DNA of 64,000 nucleotides from Macrostomum lignano (taxonomy: Eukaryota). The first letter of the stretch is position 1. Every line of letters begins with the position of its first letter. A program made the position numbers and the translations under genes. The stretch is taken from NCBI GenBank assembly GCA_002269645.1, contig NIVC01000539.1:62001-126000 (forward strand). The letters are read 5' to 3'. Positions 25,133 through 38,000 of this stretch are shown piece by piece. A model generated the notes under the pieces. That model did no database searches. It saw only the letters and a program-made list of their open reading frames with translations, and was not told where the DNA came from.

Positions 25133-27758
25133 AAGCGTTGCTGTCCAATGTCCCTCCCATAGACAATCAAAGCCAGTGAATTATGATGATTGCGCCTGGC
25201 TCATTCTTGTTCGTTTGCCATTAGTAATTATTAACTATGATTGTGATTAATACATGTTGGCGTACTTTTTACTCGCATCGTTTCGCAGTCGATTTGCTCG
25301 CTCGTTCCTAATCCCTCCAGCCACGCCGCCTTCCATCGGCCTTTGTACGTTGACGCCCCCCTCTCTCTCTCTTGCATTTTCTGGCCTCCCGTGCACTGCA
25401 CAGTCGCAGAGACTAAAAGACTCGGCTGCGCTCTGAGTTGGCACATTGTCCACTCTCAATGGCCACCATCCATTCCGTTAATTGCTTGACAGTCTCTGGC
25501 CAAGTCTGTAGCCCTCTTCCCCCGGCAATACAAGATTGCTTGGAATTTGTCCTTATGAATTTGTTGCGCAATTCATATATCATTTTATTGCTTGTTATTA
25601 ACATTGTGGACTAGCTACCAGATTTATTTAATATTATACATTAATCGTATGTGTCTATTGTAGCGCTACGCCTGTTGAACTGTGTGCACTCAGTTTTAAA
25701 AAATCACGACCGTTCACTTCGACTCAAAGCTTACATGTATACAGCTGGCAGTTCGAGCGGGTTGCCATGCGAGTACGCGTAGGCGTGTCCTGCCGATTCC
25801 ACCGTTCCGTGGCTGCTTGCCAAATAGATAAAATATACATATGCAAAACACAGAAAGGATGCGAGTTAGTCGAACAGAACGGCAGGTGCATGGAACGGCG
25901 ATGCCAACTTCCTTAGATACATCCTCTCTTCTCTGCTCTCCATTCTATTCTGAATATCGTGTCAAATGTCAATGACGAGCCGACTGTAATTTCGCACAGG
26001 ACCCGCGCTGCTAAGAATGCTGTTTAATTCTATTTAAGCTTTTATTGTTAATTAAATTGCTTCTGTGCGTGCGTTGAGTGCAAAATTGGCCCAAACGCAG
26101 TCTTTGTTCGTCTTTCTGTTCCTGTCCTAATATTATTTTTATTGTGTCCCGAACAGGGACGTCCAACAAGTTTCTGCGCTTTTTCTTCATTCTTTTGCTG
26201 GTCTAGAAATTTTGAGTACGCCTTGTTCTAGCAAAACAATTATATTTTGTTTATAACGGGGATGCAATATAAGAAACTAACTTGTACAATACTGTTGTAC
26301 ACTGCTCGCTGAAAACAAAAATACAGGCGTGAATTTGGGGGGGGGCGGCATCGGTTAAGTTTACTTGCCAGCGAGTCGAAATTTAAAAGACAATCTTTAT
26401 ATCTTGTTCATTATTTTACAAAAGACACATCCTTTGATACAGTTTATCCCATTGCCTATTTATAATTATGGAATTATAATAAAGGAACCTGTAATAGGGA
26501 GTGAGTTGCAGCCGGTGGACATCTCCGTGACAGTTTTTATTTCTTTTTAAGACCTGAGCCTCTTGCAGATAGCTACTCTGAAATCCCTTTCGAAGACCCT
26601 GACATCTCTCAGTTCTTAAGGTCCCCGAGACTCACGCCATAGACTACTTATAGTGAACTGCATGTGTAAACATTAAAAGATCCAAGAAACTCTGCATCGG
26701 AATAGGTTTTAACCGTAATATAAGTGATTTAATGAAGGCAATCGAAGATAGGTAACGATTATTTACATGTGTATATTACTAAAGATGCTGGAAAAAGCGT
26801 GCCGTTTTTGGCAGGTGTTGAGTGTACACTCAAATAACTGAAATAGCCGTAGCGCAATCCAGCCACAACTGATGCTCGCACAAGGGCGGGCGCTAAAGGA
26901 AGTGAAGGCCTCGAGTAGTCTTGCTTTCTTAATTAAAAAGTGTGCATTTCTCACCTGGTGAGATTCGACGCAATTTGCTTTGATACATCCGTTCGAGCAT
27001 TGCACACCTAACACGAATGCCGCAGTCCATCCATCTCTGTCTCTCTATATCTGTTCCAGCATCTTCCTTTCGTGGCCGCATTAAGTCCAGAGAATCTGCA
27101 TACCTTCCTTCATCGCCGTGCATAAGAGCGAAATCTATTTTGTTGTGTTTCGAGTTTTTCTATGAAGACAAAGGAATGTACGCGAGAGCAAAGCTATCGA
27201 CTTGGGAGGCACCTACATGTATGCGGTGTGGGCCTGACTGTCCCAGCCAGTCTAGAAATTATGATGCTATACCAAAACCATAATACAACAATAATTACCT
27301 GCTGCAAAGAAAAGTAAAGGTATTATCTTGGTCTCAAGTGGGCACTGTCCCAGACTCCGAACGAATACACGTCTTGTCTAAGGTGGCCGCTCATAAAAGT
27401 GAATGCGATAAACTCAACAATAAAAAAAGCTTTATTTGATTATTGCTGCGCTCTATTGTTACAGCTGCTTTTACTTTTTCGTACCACGCGACTATAGTGG
27501 ACTATAGAAGTCTCTGAATGTATCATTATTCTCCTGGTTTCTCATTTCACTGTTTTTAGTGTTTAAAGCTTTTTGTAAAGAGTAAAAATGGCTTAGATTT
27601 GCTAAAATTTTTACTTGACAGTAATAGTTATGGAAATGAAACATTTTTTCTTTACTCAACGAAAATCTATGCATTCACCTGTATGTAAAACTTAAGAAAT
27701 TACAATGTGCAATAAGAAATTACAATAGGCGTACAAAAGCTTAATACGCATGAATTTG

Positions 27759-28075
27759 GTACATACATACATACATACATACATACATACATACATACAT
27801 ACATACATACATACATACATACATACATACATACATACATACATACATACATACATACATACATACATACATACATACATACATACATACATACATACAT
27901 ACATACATACATACATACATACATACATACATACATACATACATACATACATACATACATACATACATACATACATACATACATACATACATACATACAT
28001 ACATACATACATACATACATACATACATACATACATACATACATACATACATACATACATACATACATACATACA
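27759..28075. repeat. (TACA)n microsatellite
   Basis: Direct inspection. Confidence 0.98.
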
Positions 28076-28292
28076 TTATTATAATTGATTACACCTACCC
28101 TAATGGGCAGATGTGCAACCGACAGCTCAGCCGCAGCTATTGCGCGGCGCATCTGAAGGCTGCGTACGGCTGCTAAGTCCAAGGACTGGGGGGTCGCCAC
28201 ACACACCCTCAGTTACCCCCAGCTAATGCTGGCACCCATTTTACAGCTGGGTGAACTGAAGCAATGCAGAGTTGAGTGTCTTGCTAAAGGAC
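28076..28292 (-). mobile_element. Family A SINE (CORE plus 3' part), flanked by TACA repeats
   Basis: High identity to the other family A copies. Confidence 0.8.
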
Positions 28293-28804
28293 AAAAATTG
28301 TTTCGAGTGGGATATATATACTTACATACATACGTACATACATACATACATACTTACTTACTTACTTACATACATACATACTGTACAAAATTCATGCCAA
28401 TTTCACTGTTGTAACTATTTATTGAACTTGACTTGATTTGGTTTGACTTGTGTCAATGATCGACAGTACATGCACATGCATGTAAACTGAGCAAAAGTAC
28501 TGAACAACCAACAGGATACTCGTACAAGATTGATGGAAATGTTGTATCTTTGAGTAAATTAACGAACAGAAACTCCCTTCTTTCCCTATGATTCCCGCTC
28601 CCCCGTGATGACTCATTTAGATGTGCATGACTCACGTTTATCGCCCACAAACTCCCCCAACCCTCCAACCCCTTCTTTCTATATTGTTCGAAATCATTCA
28701 TGGGTGGGACATTTTTATGACCCCCTATCTTCCCAAGTTTTCCCTGCCTGTTATGTAATCCCCATCATAATTCATTCTTCTCTGCTGCGACCCACCCAAA
28801 TTTC

Positions 28805-28845
28805 TCGTCCAATTACAGCGCGGCTGACGGGTGACGTCATCAGGT
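28805..28845 (+). promoter_or_regulatory. Candidate PIP5K1 promoter elements: CCAAT (28809) and a perfect CRE TGACGTCA (28832-28839)
   Basis: Motifs seen ~240 nt upstream of the inferred start codon; function is inferred only. Confidence 0.35.
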
Positions 28846-29076
28846 TTGCTTAGTAAAGGAGGCCAAGGACAAGTCACGGCCTTGAATATCAGCATCACGC
28901 TCACGAGACTGTTCTGAGCCCTGAGCCGCTACCCTTTACCCTTCCAATTTCCCAACCATTTGCTCCCCCTTCCCCTTCCGTTTCCTTACGAGCCCCTTCT
29001 CTATTTTTGGTCCTGCTGTAACTTCCCTTGGCTTTAACCTCCTTGCTGTGTCTCGTCCGTGACTGCAGCCGCCGCC

Positions 29077-32000
29077 ATGACCATCCGACGACCACCGCGC
29101 CAAGCAGACCTGCCCGTCGGCCGCGTCTGTAAGGCATTTCTTTCTCTGTTGCGCTGCCCTTGGGTAATAGTCAGCCCGGTCTCCCCCCCATTGCTCATCA
29201 TCTCCTAATTTTGAATCTTAACTTATTAATTCAGTTTTAATAATTATCCGAGCGGTTAGGGACAAGTTTAGGGCCAGTAATTCAGGGCATTAGCTATCTA
29301 ACTCGTTTGCTTCTGTCTGATTACTTATTTACGAGCGTACTATGAAATGTGAGTAGTGAGTGCGCCGGTCGCAGGGCATTGAATAGAAGCTGAGGATCAG
29401 GGCGGAAGATCACCGAGTATGAGCCGAATTTAACCAAATAATCATAGCAGTAACAATATAGTAGCTCTGGGACCTGTACATTCCCATCCCCTGCTGCGCA
29501 TCTCAACCTTCTAGGAGGGAAAACATAAAGATGACGTTATCTCAAAGATCCCCCTATGCAAAAGTCCTCATTTTCAGCACTGACTAGACGTACTGTCCTT
29601 GTATGACTTGTAAAGAGTACCTTAACCGGCCATTTCTAGTACAGTTAGGGTCACCTTGGTCTGTTACTGACCGGGAGTCCCGTATCGTTAGTGGGAGTTT
29701 TTACCGGGTGTTACTCCAGGGACCACTAGCAGTGTATATACTGCTATACGGCTAGATCGATATACTGCTAGTGGTCCTTGTGTTAATTACTCCTGTACAG
29801 GTGACTGCAGTGGCGGCCGCGCCTCTGTTTGTGCCTTCAAACAACTCGGGCCCGCAGTCTAGATAACGGGATCTTGGCCGCAACGTCAGCTACCGCACCA
29901 CCCAGAGGCGGACAAAGTCTAGGGAACGAAGCCTGGTAACTGACCTTTCAGCGCCATAGCCCAGGGGTTGCACAGGTGTTTTCATGCAGCCCGCAGTAAT
30001 ACGTACAGCTCTAGTAAAAGCATTAGTACATGTAGTAACAGTTACAATTATCAATCTGTTAGTTATCTTCCCATTTGGTCATCTTAGGTTACTAAAACCC
30101 CCACCTTAATTTTGGTCACTTCGCCATCTCCACCAAAAGGACTCTATAGCTATGCAATAATTAAGCGATCATTTCATCATCTCATGAAATCAGGTCAATG
30201 GAAGTCGTAAAAAATCACCAGAGTTTTAGTCACATCATAGATTAAAACTCAATTTTATACACTATAGAAAAATAAAAGAAACTTTTTTCGATTCAAGAAA
30301 CATGAAATCTGATTGCTATATAGCTATGTGGAAAACTGATTTAAAACTCAAAACTGAAGGGCAGACAAAAGTGCATTCGAGTCTTCAGTCTCATCTGTTT
30401 CACTGTTTTGTTGTTTCACCAACCTCCAGCATTCAGCTGACAAATTGCAATTGGTTACTGCACCATATTTCTACAAGGCCAGTTCAAAACGAAGATGGTG
30501 ATACGAACCGAAACAGCAACGCTTTACGGTTTTATAGGGTTTTCGTGGAAAATAAATCAGGATGTAAGTTAGGCAATCTGAAGGCGAATGAAATACAGTA
30601 ATCTAAAAATTCCTATTAATTAGGCAATAAGTCTGATTATATTTTGATAGATTATCTTACTACCTGATCAGCTAGTAGTTGTTTTATTATCTTTACTTTT
30701 ACCTGGCACCGTACGAGAGCATTTAGGTTTCTAGGAAATTGCTCAAGAAAAGAAGTGGCAGCAGCTATATTCTTGAATTTAGCAGTGGCGGATCCAGGAT
30801 TTTTAAAGTAGGGGGGGGGGGCGGATTGGCCTAACTGTTTGGGTTGGCCCAAAATAAGCCCAAAATTGAATACTCTCCCTTGTTATATAAGGAAGTCCAG
30901 CCACAGCGAAAGAGGGGGCGAAAGCCCCCCGCCGCCGCCCCCTGCCCCTGGATCCGCCACTGGAATTTAGTCTTGAGGTTTTCTTCTTTCTGATAATTTG
31001 CCTTAGCCACTTTACACCTTATTGTGATCTGGAATAGGCCTAATCAGTAGGCTAATCGTTGGATGAAAGAAACTAAGTAGTTCTAGCACAAAATCTAACA
31101 TCATTGATAGAATAGACTAGTTTTAGTTATAGTACTAGCTAAAGTTTTGCCCCCCTTCGGGGAGCAGAAATAATTAATATTCGTCTAATATAATATACCT
31201 TTTAGCAGGAGTACTTTAAGTGTTTTTCTTAAGCTTAAGCTTAAAATAGGAATTTTTGGAGATCGTTAATAACGCATTTTAGGTAAAACAAAACTATCAA
31301 CTTTTTACAGTTTTTAGTTTAGAGCCCTGTATATGTCAACGTGTTTGATAAAAATTATTTTTATCATTTTTGATAAAAAATGGCCTTCGGGGTGGCCAAT
31401 AAGCAAGGGACGAATCCTTTTAAATGAAAAAAAATTCTTAGGGAGGGGGGCTAGGAATCGAATTCTCATTTTAATTCCAGGCTTATGTACCAATAAAACA
31501 TGTTTGTGCAGAATTTTATAACAGACATTGAAATTCAACCATACTTGCCTTCTTTCAGAGCTACTTCTACCAGTATGCTTCAGTACGCTACCAGTACCCT
31601 TGTAAGCCTTGACATGTCAGCAATCCCCCCCCACAAGCCTTAACATATCAACTCCCCCCTTGACATCTCAGCAATGCTCCCACAAGCCTTGAAATCTTAA
31701 AAAATCTGTCTATTTTCTAACCCTAACCCTAACCCTAACCCTAACCCTAAAGCATTGAAATTTCAGTAATTCTCTCTAAGAGTCTATAGCACTACTACAG
31801 CATTATAGCGATTCCCTGCAAGCCTCGACATCGTAGGGATTCCCAAATGAATCTCTTAACTTTGACATGAAGCTTCTTTTTTTTTTACATTACGCTTTTT
31901 CTATCAGCGATCCCTCCCGTGAGGAGCCAACAAATAATGTAATAACTTTTTTCCAATAAACTACATGTAGCTTCTGACATTAGCCTTGACATCTCATTTA

Positions 32001-35000
32001 TTCCCCCGTGAGCCTTGACATCTCAGCTATAGATAGATAGATAGATTCCCCTCGTAAGCCTTGACATGTCAGCGATGCCCCCCATAAACCTTGAAATCTA
32101 AAAAATCCCCTGTTAACCTTGAAACGCGCTAAAATCTAACCCTCAACCCAAACCTGACGTAAACCTAACTTTCACCCAACCTAAAGCCTTGAAATCACAG
32201 CAATTCTTCTTCCCTAAGCCTTGGCATTTAAGTGATTCCTTCTTTAAGAATCACAGCACTATAACGATTCCCTCCAAGCTTTGACATCGTAGCAATTCCC
32301 AAATGAATCTTTTAACTTTGACATGACTTTTATTTTATGTATACATAGTGCTCCTTTTATTTTTACATGACTCTTCTTCTATCAGCGCCCCCCCCCACCG
32401 TGGCAAGCCAACAAAGAATGCAATAAAAAACTTAAGTAAAGTACATGTACTTTGAAGTAGCTTCTGACTTTTGCTTTAACATCTCAGAAACCCCCCTGTA
32501 ATCTCAGTTATTCTCTGTGAGCCTTGACGTCTCAGTAATTCTCCCCAGCACAGCACTGTACTATAGCTTCATTTAATTTTTATATGACATTTCTTTCATG
32601 TCTGACATGACGCTTCTTTTGATTTTTACGTTACGCTTCTTTTATTCTTCCATGATGCTTCTTAATTTTTTAAATGACACACTTTCATTAGTTTTTATAT
32701 GAGGCTTCTATAATTTTTTCATGACGCTTCTATGCTTGTTTACATGACGCTTGTATGATTTTTACATGACGCTTCTATGATTGTTTACATGACGCTTGTA
32801 TGATTGTTTACATGACGCTTCTATGATTTTTTACATGACGCTTCTATGATTTTTACATGACGCTTCTATGATTTTTACATGACGCTTCTATGATTTTTAC
32901 ATGACGCTTCTATGATTTTTACATGACGCTTCTATGATTGTTTACATGACGCTTCTATGATTGTATACATGACGCTTCTATGATTGTTTACATGACGCTT
33001 TTATGATTGTTTACATGACGCTTCTATGATTTTTACATGACGCTTCTATGATTTTTACATGACGCTTCTATGATTGTTTACATGACGCTTCTATGATTGT
33101 TTACATGACGCTTCTATGATTTTTACATGACGCTTCTATGATTTTTTTACATGACGCTTCTATGATTGTTTACATGACGCTTGTATGATTGTTTACATGA
33201 CGCTTGTATGATTTTAACATGACGCTTCTATGATTGTTTACATTACGCTTCTATGATTGCTTGCATGACGCTTCTATGATTTTTTATGACGCTTTTATGA
33301 TTTTAACATGACGCTTCTATGATTTTTTTACATGACGCTTCTATGATTGTTTACATGACGCTTGTATGATTGTTTACATGACGCTTTTATGATTTTAACA
33401 TGACGCTTCTATGATTGTTTACATTACGCTTCTATGATTGTATACATGACGCTTCTATGATTGTTTACATGACGCTTGTATGATTGTTTACATGACGCTT
33501 TTATGATTTTAACATGACGCTTGTATGATTGTTTACATGACGCTTTTATGATTTTAACATGACGCTTCTATGATTGTATACATGACGCTTCTATGATTGT
33601 TTACATGACGCTTCTATGATTGTTTACATGACGCTTCTATGATTGTTTACATGACGCTTGTATGATTGTTTACATGACGCTTCCATAATTTTTTTGTCTT
33701 GGCGTTAAAAGGCTTTAATGAAAAAAATCTACTCTCTAAAACTTCGAACCATCGTCCCTGCATTTAGCAGTTTAGTCTGTTTACCTCTAGGCTAGCTCTC
33801 ATGAATTTTAGTCATTACCCCTAAATAGAAAATATTCCCAAGACAGCAAGCATCCCCCCAGTAGCAAGCATCCCCTAATACTCCTAGCAAGCATCCACCC
33901 AGATAGCAAGCATCTGCAGATAGCAAGCATCTTGCAGATAGCAAGCATCTTGCAGATAGCAAGCATACCCCAAATAATGTAGAAGCATCCTTCCAGATAG
34001 CAAGCATCCTGCACATAGCAAGAATCCCTAAATAGCAAGCATCCCTGGATAGAAATAATCCTATACATGTAGCCAAGCTTATCAAGCGCAGTAATCCTTG
34101 GCTATCGAGTGCAGTAATCCTTGGTTTATTAATAGCAATAATCCATGGCTTATCGAGTGCAGTAATCCTTGGTTTATTAATAGCAATAATCCTTGGCTTA
34201 TCGAGTGCAGTAATTCATGGTTTATTAATAGCAATAATCCTTGGCTTATCGAGTGCAGTAATCCTTGGTTTATTAATAGCAATAATCCATGCCTTATCGA
34301 GTGCAGTAATCCTTGGTTTATTAATAGCAATAATCCTTGGCTTATCGAGTGCAGTAATCCTTGGTTTGCCAAGTGCATAATCCTTGGTTTATTAATAGCA
34401 ATAATCCTTGGTTTATCGAGTGCAGTAATCCTTGGTTTATTAATAGCAATAATCCTTGGCTTATCGAGTGCAGTAATCCTTGGTTTATTAATAGCAATAA
34501 TCCATGGCTTATCGAGTGCAGTAATCCTTGGTTTGCCAAGAGCAATAGTCCTTGGCTTATCGAGTGCAGTAATCCTTGGTTTGCCAAGAGCAATAGTCCT
34601 TGGTTTATTGAGTGCAGTAATCCTTGGTTTATTAATAGCAATAGTCCTTGGTTTATTGAGTGCAGTAATCCTTGGTTTATTAATAGCAATAATCCTTGGC
34701 TTATCGAGTGCAGTAATCCTTGGTTTGCCAAGTGCATAATCCTTGGTTTATCGAGTGCAGTAATCCTTGGTTTATTAATAGCAATAATCCTTGGCTTATC
34801 GAGTGCAGTAATCCTTGGTTTATTAATAGCAATAATCCATGGCTTATCGAGTGCAGTAATCCTTGGTTTGCCAAGAGCAATAGTCCTTGGCTTATCGAGT
34901 GCAGTAATCCTTGGTTTGCCAAGAGCAATAGTCCTTGGTTTTTTGAGTGCAGTAATCCTTGGTTTATTAATAGCAATAGTCCTTGGTTTATTGAGTGCAG

Positions 35001-38000
35001 TAATGCTTGGTTTATTAATAGCAATAATCCTTGGCTTATCGATTGCAGTAATCCTTGGTTTGCCAAGTGCATAATCCTTGGTTTATTAATAGCAATAATC
35101 CTTGGTTTATCGAGTGCAGTAATCCTTAGTTTATTAATAGCAATAATCCTTGGCTTATCGAGTGCAGTAATCCTTGGTTTGCCAAGAGCAATAATCCTTG
35201 GCTTATCGAGTGCAGTATTCCTTGGTTTGCCAAGAGCAATAATCCTTAGCTTATCGAGTGCAGTAATCTAAGTGTTTTTATTTAGTCCTTTAATAAAAGC
35301 TTTTAATAAAAAATTTTACACTACTACTTTTAAACTACTTAGATTCGAACCCAGGTCGCTGCATTAGCAGTCTGGTCTGCTCAGCTCTAGGCTAGCTCTC
35401 ATCGAAGTTATCAGTGAATTTGTACCACTTATATAATCAGGTAGAGTAAAAAGTCACGCGAAGCAGTTATGACATAATCAATTTCTTAGGCAAGTCAGTA
35501 CCAGTGTCTATGAAAGTTAACAATATGGTTACGTAATATAAATTCAGTACTGCACTATACTTTCACCCTCAAAGCTGTGACGCAATTCAATTGAGTGTCA
35601 AATTCAGCCAGTACACAGACGATAAATAAAGTGTATTGTGATGCAATCTATTTCAGAATCAGAATTCAACCAGTCAGATTTTTCTCTAGCATTCTTACAA
35701 TGCATTTCAGGTCGAAAGAGCTGCTTGACCTTTGCAAAAAATCATGTTTTTCGAATATTTAATCCCTTTAACATTGAGCAATTTCTTAGCCAATATGCAT
35801 GTACCGTCCCGGGAAAATTTCTGATCGAATGGTGCAAGTTTGAAGAAAATCGGTTGAGCCGTTCGGGAGAAAATCAATTACAAGCAAGCAACCAAGCATT
35901 TCATTTTTAGTATATTAGATAGCCTATAGATCATAGACTATAGTCAAGATACTCGATAAGGTAATTAAAGATATAAATAGTAAAACTGCTTTTCATATTA
36001 GATGCTTAAAGCTTGGTCAACTCTAAGGCCTATAATACAATATAGGCCTAGCTTATAAGTTAAAGTTAGGCCTAGAAATAAATTTATAATATAGCCATAG
36101 GCCCTGCTGGCCTGCCCTATGCAATTCTAGGTTGCTGTTTAGACCCTTCAATGCCCTCTCAAGCTTTTAAGCCATTCATTTTCTTCAAATGTCTAAGTAG
36201 TAGCACTTTAATAGTTGGCTAACTTGTGTTTAAGGATAGACCCAGGGGCATAGCAAGGGGGGTATCGTATCGGTATATTGGCTGATACCCCCAAATTTCC
36301 AAAGCAACATTTTTTTCCTTTTTTCAGTTGCAATTGTGACCGTTAAGGAAGAGAAAGGTATCCAAATCGAAAGAATAACAATTAACAAACAAATAGAGTA
36401 ATTATATGTATTATGCACTAGAAATACATTAAGGGGATATGTGGATCTCAAGCCCTTGCTTTCTAATAACAGCTAATTGATACCCCAAAAAAAAAATCCT
36501 GGCTACGCCCCTGGATAGACCTTTAGGAATTGGCAGCCTATAAGGCTATATATCCAATCTCCTAGTTAAGGCCCTCCTAAAATTATTTTTCAGTTTTTTT
36601 CACACAGAGATAATTTATACAGATAGAATACAAGTAGTAGATATATTAGTAGATAGTAGTAGTAATAGTAGTAGTAGTGTAATAGTAGATCTATTACAAG
36701 TAGTAATAGAATACAATATACCGGACTCGTTACAGCTTATTATACATGTCAGGTAAATGTCAGATTAGTTAATAAATATTAAGAATAATGAGCTAGCTAA
36801 TATAAGAAGTTTCCAAAGACCTTTCCTAGAAATAGGTGGCACCATAAGCTCTTGCAGTGTCTTCTAAACACATCTTCTAAACTTGGTTCCTGTACTATAG
36901 GTTGATGTCAATGTGAATAAGCTTAGTGGTTGGCCTCATATTAGCTTTAAAGACAATTATAGTTGGTGTTCTATTTTTTAAAAACTAAAAAATAATTTAA
37001 TGCAATAAGCTAAAAGATTGGCTGCTATATAAAGTATTTATATACCAATGCTAATGTAAATAATTCAAACCTTTCAAGCATATAAAAACAACAACAACAA
37101 CAAAATATGCAACCCTGTATGCATAGTCATAGTTAGAGCAGGGTGCATCAGTTGGTGCACTACAGAGCCTGAGAGCAAACAAAGTCCACTCCGTTAGTAG
37201 TGTCAGGCACCCCAGCATCACACAGCAGGCAGTCTATGTATCAATGGGTTTAGGCCTGACCCTGCCTGAATAGACCCTGCAAGCCCTTGGCCCAGATCAC
37301 GTGGCCAGCATAAAAAACAAAAATTCAAAAACTAATAATAATGTTTATAGTTTTCATTATGCCTATTTAACTAAAAATTAGTTTGACTTATACTATAGTA
37401 TTGGTTACAAGTTATAATATGTTTCAATAGGCCTAGGATATTTTTGAATTTAAAATTTTATCTCATTATATTAAATATATATCTTTTCCTAATAGACCTA
37501 TTTATATATTAAATATAGGCCTATTAGTAAGCAAAAAATGAAAATATTAAAGAATAAAATAATACTTAGTTAACATTTAGTTTTATAGTTAAAACTTCTT
37601 TAATTGGCCCTACTTTATACCAAATTATAGTTTTGTTTTTAGATAGAAAAATATAATGACATAATATAGAGTTTTATAATAATCAATTGAAGTCTACAAA
37701 TTATAAACCCATTGAGTTTTAATCCTTGAAATAACTTTTGCCTATACTTTTAAATCTGAAGTCATACTAAAACAAAAATTGCTCTAAGCATAGAAATTGT
37801 TAATCTATGGCTATGATATTATATAAGTAAGATATAATTCAATAAATGATTTATAGGAATTATAAAGGAAAAAATTGCATATAAAAGCTTATGAATAAAA
37901 ATGAATTTATCAACTTATCGATAGAAATAAAAAAAATAATATTTAGTGTAAGTCTTTCCTGCCCACAAATTGCAAGTATCTAAATTCTAGGTTAATAGAT

